A stretch of 64,000 bases of DNA from Nitrospirota bacterium (GTDB taxonomy: Bacteria > Nitrospirota > Thermodesulfovibrionia > Thermodesulfovibrionales > Dissulfurispiraceae), in contig CAWBMP010000004.1 of the NCBI GenBank assembly GCA_963790025.1, forward strand, positions 224,001 through 288,000. Direction: 5' to 3'. The position numbers were made by a program, and so were the translations under genes. Below are positions 58,819 to 64,000 of the stretch, piece by piece. Position 1 is the first letter of the stretch. Every line of letters begins with the position of its first letter. The notes below the pieces were generated by a model. That model was not told where the DNA came from. It ran no database searches and saw only the letters and a list, made by a program, of their open reading frames with translations.

Positions 58819-59841
58819 TTACGGTCTTCTGCTTAATTCATGCACTGCATCAACCAGCGCAATCGCATTTTCGACCGGTGTTTCGGGGAGTATCCCATGA
58901 CCCAGATTAAAGATATGCCCTTTTGCTCCCCGCACACCGTTCAGTATCTGCGCAACCCTGTCTTTAATCAATTCCCTGGTCCCAAAAAGGGTGCAAGGAT
59001 CGAGGTTGCCCTGGACTACCACATTCTTGCCCAATGCGCTGACCGCATCTTGCATATCTATCCGCCAGTCAAGCCCGAGTATGTCGGCCCCTGAATTCTC
59101 AACCCTCTTGAGCATGGCGCTTCCGTTGAAGGCAAAATAAATGACCGGAATTTCTCCTTTGAATGTCGAGATAATCCGCTGCACATACGGCAATGCGTAA
59201 CGCTCAAAATCTGCAGGTGAGAGCACGCCCGCCCAGGAATCGAATAAGTTGATAGCGTGGACCCCGGCGCCTTTCTGGGCCTGAAGGTAATTGATTACCG
59301 TGGAGGTGATCTTGTCCATCAATGACGCATAAAGCTCCGGGGCCTGGTACATCATTTTCTTCGTATTAATGAAGTTCTTCGAGCTGCCGCCTTCGATCAT
59401 ATAAGTGGCCAGTGTAAAAGGCGCCCCGGAAAAACCGATCAAAGGGACTTGCAGCCTGTTTATCAATATCCTTATCGCATCAGTAACAAAAGGGACATCC
59501 TCTTCGGCCCTGATGCTCCTGAGCCGCGAAACGGCGGCAGCGCTCCTTATGGGATCGGACAACACAGGGCCCTTTGATTCTGAAAATTCGAGTTTCATGC
59601 CCATAGGCTCAAGCGGTATAAGAATATCGGAAAAAAGGATGGCAACATCAACATGAAGAATATCCACGGGCTGTATGGTCACTTCAGCTGCAAGTTCAGG
59701 GGTCTTGCAGAGGGTCAGAAAGTCAACCCTGGACCGCACCTTTTGATATTGTGGGAGGTACCTCCCGGCCTGTCTCATAAGCCACACGGGAGTATAGGCC
59801 GTCTTTTCGCCCCGGCAAGCTTTCAGAAAGGTATCATTCAT
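58819..59841 (-). CDS. hemE: Uroporphyrinogen decarboxylase
   Basis: PVWLMRQAGRYLP, ILFSDIL, GAPFTLATY, FDSWAG, QGNLDP and FNLGHGI. Confidence 0.97.
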   Translation of the reverse strand: MNDTFLKACRGEKTAYTPVWLMRQAGRYLPQYQKVRSRVDFLTLCKTPELAAEVTIQPVDILHVDVAILFSDILIPLEPMGMKLEFSESKGPVLSDPIRSAAAVSRLRSIRAEEDVPFVTDAIRILINRLQVPLIGFSGAPFTLATYMIEGGSSKNFINTKKMMYQAPELYASLMDKITSTVINYLQAQKGAGVHAINLFDSWAGVLSPADFERYALPYVQRIISTFKGEIPVIYFAFNGSAMLKRVENSGADILGLDWRIDMQDAVSALGKNVVVQGNLDPCTLFGTRELIKDRVAQILNGVRGAKGHIFNLGHGILPETPVENAIALVDAVHELSRRP

Positions 59842-59855
59842 AAAATCTCCTAAAA

Positions 59856-59951
59856 AGTAAGTAGTACGCAGTACGCAGCAGGCAGCAAAAGATTAAAAAC
59901 AGAGACTTGACCAATATCTTTTTCTTTACTGATTACCGCCTACTGCTTACT
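59856..59951. repeat. Intergenic inverted-repeat element with heptamer-repeat arms (copy 1)
   Basis: AGTAAGTAGTACGCAGTACGCAGCA ... TACTGATTACCGCCTACTGCTTACT. Confidence 0.7.
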
Positions 59952-61011
59952 TCTTAGCTGTCTTTAGAGGTATATAGCTGCAAAACGGTTCTTCGGCAAG
60001 GTAGTCTCCGTGCACCGAATAAGCCCGGGCCCTGCATCCGCCGCATACGTTGATGTATTCGCAGGAACCGCATTTCCCCTTGTATCTTTTGAAATCCCTC
60101 ATATCCTTAAACAGCTCAGAGTTTTCCCATATATCCTTGAAGGACTGCTCTTTCAAGTTCCCTGCAGGTTTTGGAAAGTAGCTGCATGGAAGGACGTTGC
60201 CGTCAACATCGATGAGGCATATTAGCTGTCCTGCCAGGCATCCCTTGGAACCGCCTGTCGAAAACTTGAGCGTGCGCCGTTGAACTTTTGTCCCGGCTTC
60301 CTTCGATTTCTGCAGTGCCACCCTGTAGTAGTGAGGAGCGCAGGTGGGCCTTACCAGGATATCATGCTCATCCTTTTCCATCTCGAAATGCCAATCGAGG
60401 ATTTTTTCGTAGTCCTCTTTGGAGATGAGTTCGGCCATGATGTCCTCACCCCTCCCGGTAGGAACAATCATAAACATGTACCATGCGGTCGCCCCCAGCT
60501 CTTTTGCGAGCCTGTAGACTTGGGGGATATCCTCCTGGTTGCGTCCGGTAAAGGATGAATTGATGATAAATTCAATGCCGTTTTTCTTAAAAAGCCTTGC
60601 GGCATTCAACGTTCCGTCAAAGGCGCCCTTTTCATTCCTGAAGTTGTCATGTACAGCGGCAGTGGAACCGTCCAGGCTCATGGATACGATCCTGATGCCG
60701 GCGGCCTTTATTTTTTGGCATACTTCGTCGGTAACAAGCGTGCCGTTGGTTGCAAGGCACATCCTGAGCCCTTTGTCGCTGCCATATCTCGCTATATCAA
60801 ACACGTCTTTTCTGATAAGCGGCTCTCCGCCCGACAAAACGACCACGGGACTGGCATACCCTGCAATGTCATCCAGTATTCGGTGGGCCTCACCGATAGG
60901 AAAATCCGGGTGTCCGCTGATCTCCATTTCCGATGAGGAACGGCAGTGAACACATTTGAGATTGCAGCGCCGGGTGATTTCCCAGGCTATCCATTTAGGT
61001 GTAAATTCCAC
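59947..61011 (-). CDS. ahbD: Radical SAM/SPASM protein, AhbD/NirJ-like (heme b synthase family)
   Basis: [36 protein letters not shown] and [19 protein letters not shown]; adjacent to hemE. Confidence 0.75.
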   Translation of the reverse strand: MEFTPKWIAWEITRRCNLKCVHCRSSSEMEISGHPDFPIGEAHRILDDIAGYASPVVVLSGGEPLIRKDVFDIARYGSDKGLRMCLATNGTLVTDEVCQKIKAAGIRIVSMSLDGSTAAVHDNFRNEKGAFDGTLNAARLFKKNGIEFIINSSFTGRNQEDIPQVYRLAKELGATAWYMFMIVPTGRGEDIMAELISKEDYEKILDWHFEMEKDEHDILVRPTCAPHYYRVALQKSKEAGTKVQRRTLKFSTGGSKGCLAGQLICLIDVDGNVLPCSYFPKPAGNLKEQSFKDIWENSELFKDMRDFKRYKGKCGSCEYINVCGGCRARAYSVHGDYLAEEPFCSYIPLKTAKK

Positions 61012-61075
61012 AGTACTCTTATAATACCTTGTATAACCAGGAAATGAAAGTATCGGTAGTGGTCGATACTTTCCT

Positions 61076-62701
61076 CTACGCTACGGCATGCGCTTCCCAG
61101 ATGCTTTGCTCAATCGTCTTTAGTAAAGGGGCAAGGGTTTCAGGCCGCTTTGCCGATATGGCAACCGCATTATATCGTGCCTCCATGTATGCCGCTTCCT
61201 CTTTTGACATCATGTCAAGTTTATTGAAAACAAGCAGCCTCGGCTTGTTGTCCAGCTCGAGGTCTTTCAAAATCTTTTCGACTGACGCTATCTGCTGCTC
61301 ATACCGCGGGCTGGCCATATCGACAAGATGGATAAGCAGGTCGGCATCTTCGAGCTCTTCGAGAGTCGCTTTAAAAGCGGCAAAGAGGTCTGCGGGAAGG
61401 TCTCTAATGAAACCGACCGTGTCGGTTATAATAATCTCTCTCTCCCGGGGGAACCTCAGTCTCCTGCTTGCTGTGTCGAGCGTAGCAAACATCTTGTCCT
61501 CGACAATAGTGGAACTAAGAGTCATCGCATTCAGCAGTGTGGACTTGCCGGCGTTGGTGTATCCTATTATCGAGACAATCGGTATCCTGTTTTCAACCCT
61601 CCGCTGCTTGCGCTGTCTCCGCGCCTCGCTCAGTACCTTAAGCTCCTTTTCAAGCCTCACTATCCTGTCACGAATACGCCGCCTGTCGATTTCGAGCTTC
61701 ATTTCTCCCGGTCCCCTGCCCCCAATGCCACCCATCAGCCTCGACATTGCGGTCCCTTTCCCGGTCAGCCGCGGCAACATATATTTGAGCTGAGCAAGCT
61801 CAACCTGCGCCTTACCGTCACGGCTGTGCGCCCTTCTGGCGAATATGTCCAGAATCAGCTGGGCCCGGTCTATGACCTTGAGCTCCGTGGTCTCGGCAAT
61901 CGCCCTAATCTGGGACGGCGCAAGGTCCTGATCGAAAACAAGCAGCGTCGCACCTTTATCCATAGCATTGATAACAATTTCCCTGAGTTTTCCTTCTCCC
62001 AGCACGTATTTAGGATTTGCCTCTCTCAGCCGCTGTACCACAGTATCCAGAACAACCACATCACTGGAATGGGCCAGCTCTTTTAATTCCTCCATGGTAT
62101 CTTCCATCCCTGAGCGCGTTCCCACCGATGCGGAGACCAGGATTGCCCGCTCACGTGGATCCTTTTGGTCGATGACCCTGGACCTCTCCATTTCATCTTC
62201 CAGGGCGCTGACAAAACCTTTGAAATCGAGGTCAAACCGGTAAAAGTCCGCAGTTATTGTTTCGTATTTTTTCCCGGAACCGTAGGGCATAAGATGGGCG
62301 GCATAAATAGTATGAGGGAGGCTGTCTTTTATGCTTATTGCCGCGATCATATCGAACCTGAGAAGGGCAAGATCGGAGAGGTCCTCATTGTTAAGAGGTT
62401 CATCCCTGAGATGAGTGTGGATATATCTTAGACCTCTCAAGGCCTTTTTCCCGAGGGGATAAGCGTCGAGTTCAGGGATAAAAACACCATTCGCGGTACC
62501 GACTATCACATGAGTTATGGAACCGTTTCTCGCTGCCAATATGCCTATCTGCCTGCCAAGATCATGAGAGAGAGCGGTAAGGTATCGGGTCAGCTCGGGC
62601 GTAATTAAAGGACCGGCCGGTATTTTCCTGCGATATATCCTCTCAAGAGACGAAAGGGAATGTTTCTTTAAACCTGTTATATTTCCGTAAACAGTCGCGA
62701 T
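61076..62701 (-). CDS. hflX: GTPase HflX (long form), probable ATC start codon
   Basis: [38 protein letters not shown] and NKLD. The N-terminal YGN..GLK begins just after GGAGG-5 nt-ATC. Confidence 0.92.
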   Translation of the reverse strand: MATVYGNITGLKKHSLSSLERIYRRKIPAGPLITPELTRYLTALSHDLGRQIGILAARNGSITHVIVGTANGVFIPELDAYPLGKKALRGLRYIHTHLRDEPLNNEDLSDLALLRFDMIAAISIKDSLPHTIYAAHLMPYGSGKKYETITADFYRFDLDFKGFVSALEDEMERSRVIDQKDPRERAILVSASVGTRSGMEDTMEELKELAHSSDVVVLDTVVQRLREANPKYVLGEGKLREIVINAMDKGATLLVFDQDLAPSQIRAIAETTELKVIDRAQLILDIFARRAHSRDGKAQVELAQLKYMLPRLTGKGTAMSRLMGGIGGRGPGEMKLEIDRRRIRDRIVRLEKELKVLSEARRQRKQRRVENRIPIVSIIGYTNAGKSTLLNAMTLSSTIVEDKMFATLDTASRRLRFPREREIIITDTVGFIRDLPADLFAAFKATLEELEDADLLIHLVDMASPRYEQQIASVEKILKDLELDNKPRLLVFNKLDMMSKEEAAYMEARYNAVAISAKRPETLAPLLKTIEQSIWEAHAVA

Positions 62702-62739
62702 AGCATCCTCCGTCTTTATTTTATCAGACAAAAACCTCC

Positions 62740-62768
62740 TTGACAACAGATCACATTTTCTATACAGT
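62740..62768 (+). promoter_or_regulatory. Sigma70 promoter for the small gene at 62909
   Basis: TTGACA-17 nt-TACAGT. Confidence 0.55.
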
Positions 62769-62787
62769 TTACTTAAAGAGCAAAAGA

Positions 62788-62886
62788 AGTAAGCAGTAGG
62801 GAGTAAGCAGCTAAGGACAAGTAGGAAAGACCTATAAGTCATTTTTTTATTCTTTATATTTTGCTACTTGCTGCCTACTGCTTACT
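62788..62886. repeat. Intergenic inverted-repeat element with heptamer-repeat arms (copy 2)
   Basis: AGTAAGCAGTAGGGAGTAAGCAGC ... GCTACTTGCTGCCTACTGCTTACT. Confidence 0.7.
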
Positions 62887-62908
62887 ATTAACTATACGGG
62901 GAGGCACT

Positions 62909-63166
62909 ATGGGCTACTCACAAGTCGCTTTGGAGAACAAGATACTGGAAATGTACCCGGAGATAGCAAAAAACGGCCTGTCAATCGGACTCAGCTATAA
63001 CACGGACAAAGATGCCTGGATTGTGAAACTCAGCAAAGGCCCCAAAGAATTAACGACCCATCTCGATAAAAAAGATGCTGATGACTGCATGAACAACATA
63101 AAATGTGTATATCTGGGTATACAGGTAGAACAGTTTATAAAAAATTTCGAGGAAAGGAAACCATAG
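62909..63166 (+). CDS. Small hypothetical protein (85 aa)
   Basis: GGAGG RBS, globular-looking sequence with C-x5-C (DCMNNIKC), own promoter and terminator. Confidence 0.8.
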   Translation: MGYSQVALENKILEMYPEIAKNGLSIGLSYNTDKDAWIVKLSKGPKELTTHLDKKDADDCMNNIKCVYLGIQVEQFIKNFEERKP

Positions 63167-63171
63167 AAAAA

Positions 63172-63210
63172 AAGTGAGAGGTTGGACCTCCAGCCTCCAA
63201 CCTTTCACTT
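63172..63210. terminator. Hairpin between convergent genes (probable terminator)
   Basis: AAGTGAGAGGTTGGA-loop-TCCAACCTTTCACTT, with an A-tract on the left side. Confidence 0.6.
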
Positions 63211-63211
63211 C

Positions 63212-63817
63212 TCACCTTTTTATGGATTTTACGTACCTGTAAGTCAGGTAGACTGCAAGCGAAATCGTGAGCAATACGACGGCTGCATGCTCTGCTCTGT
63301 GCAGGTTTTTTGTGATAATTTCAAGGCTGTTTCCACCCATATAACCTGCCCCGATCATCAGCGTCATAGTGAAAAGAGAGGAGAAGGCGTCGGCGGCGAG
63401 AAATTTAAGGGGAGACATCTTCATGACGCCTGCGGCAAGGAATATCTGTGCCCTTAACCCGATCAGATGTCTTCCTAAAATAATCAGCATGACACCTCTT
63501 TTGACAAATTGTTGCTCAAGGTCCAGGAGTCTTTGCAGAGATATGAATTTACGGAATGCCGGATGGTAGATAACCATTCGGCCGTATTTGTTGCCTGCCA
63601 AAAAAATAAAGAAGTCGGCGATAAGCAAACCGGCATAAACAACCAGTATGGCAGGGACGGGTTTTACCACTTCAGCAGATATAAGAAAACCGCAGAGAAT
63701 AAGTGTAGCGTCCTCGGGGAAAGGCAGGCCGATGCCTCCAAGAATAAGAAGCACGAATAATCCCATATAGGGGAATTGCTCTAAAATTCCCGAAACCCAG
63801 GACATTCGGTCGAACAC
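63212..63817 (-). CDS. DedA family membrane protein
   Basis: GGIGLPFPEDATL, AD..F..G..YG and GRHLIGLR....AG. Confidence 0.9.
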   Translation of the reverse strand: MFDRMSWVSGILEQFPYMGLFVLLILGGIGLPFPEDATLILCGFLISAEVVKPVPAILVVYAGLLIADFFIFLAGNKYGRMVIYHPAFRKFISLQRLLDLEQQFVKRGVMLIILGRHLIGLRAQIFLAAGVMKMSPLKFLAADAFSSLFTMTLMIGAGYMGGNSLEIITKNLHRAEHAAVVLLTISLAVYLTYRYVKSIKR

Positions 63818-63820
63818 CTA

Positions 63821-64000
63821 TTACAGGAGAAAGGTGAAGACTTTCTCCACTTCACCCGACAGAAAGCCCTTCCTGAGTACCTTCACCTTCAGGGGATCAC
63901 CCTTCTTTTTAAAAACAAGATGTATCCGTATATCATCGCTGGTTGAAACGGGGACATCGTCAACTGAGAGAATGACATCTCCCTTCCTAAGCCCCGCCTG
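63821..64000 (-). CDS. C-terminal PDZ domain of a protein extending beyond the window (partial)
   Basis: Manual translation QAGLRKGDVILSVDDVPV...GDPLKVKVLR..., stop at 63821. Confidence 0.8.
   Translation of the reverse strand, partial: QAGLRKGDVILSVDDVPVSTSDDIRIHLVFKKKGDPLKVKVLRKGFLSGEVEKVFTFLL

Overview
This is a bacterial chromosomal window, probably from an anaerobe of the Nitrospirota/Desulfobacterota type (an impression from gene content, not tested). Housekeeping genes flank both ends. On the left are addA/addB-like genes (addB frameshifted), an SPFH protein, yceD-rpmF-plsX-fabH, larC, a macro-domain protein and tRNA-Thr(CGT). On the right are hemE, an ahbD-like radical SAM gene, hflX and a DedA gene. 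Between them lies about 47 kb of accessory signalling and envelope genes with no visible integrase. The most notable part is 26.3-55.7 kb, a cyclic-nucleotide signalling locus built around a two-partner secretion system. It holds a CHASE2 adenylate cyclase, a GAF-HD-GYP protein, a GGDEF protein, an orphan PilB-type ATPase, a cNMP/dead-AAA/polyferredoxin membrane protein, TpsB and an RHH-Crp fusion regulator. It also holds two tandemly duplicated TpsA adhesins, an overlapping FecR-domain gene, an MBL hydrolase and a secreted retropepsin. Each TpsA has a class II Crp-type promoter and a conserved C-terminal 'KTFCN' tail. I infer a trans-envelope surface-sensing circuit, which is untested. A second module couples a heme-c sensor kinase and a sigma54 activator to two tandem MFS pumps with a complete -24/-12 + IHF + enhancer promoter. 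All calls come from motif recognition by eye; no database searches were run.
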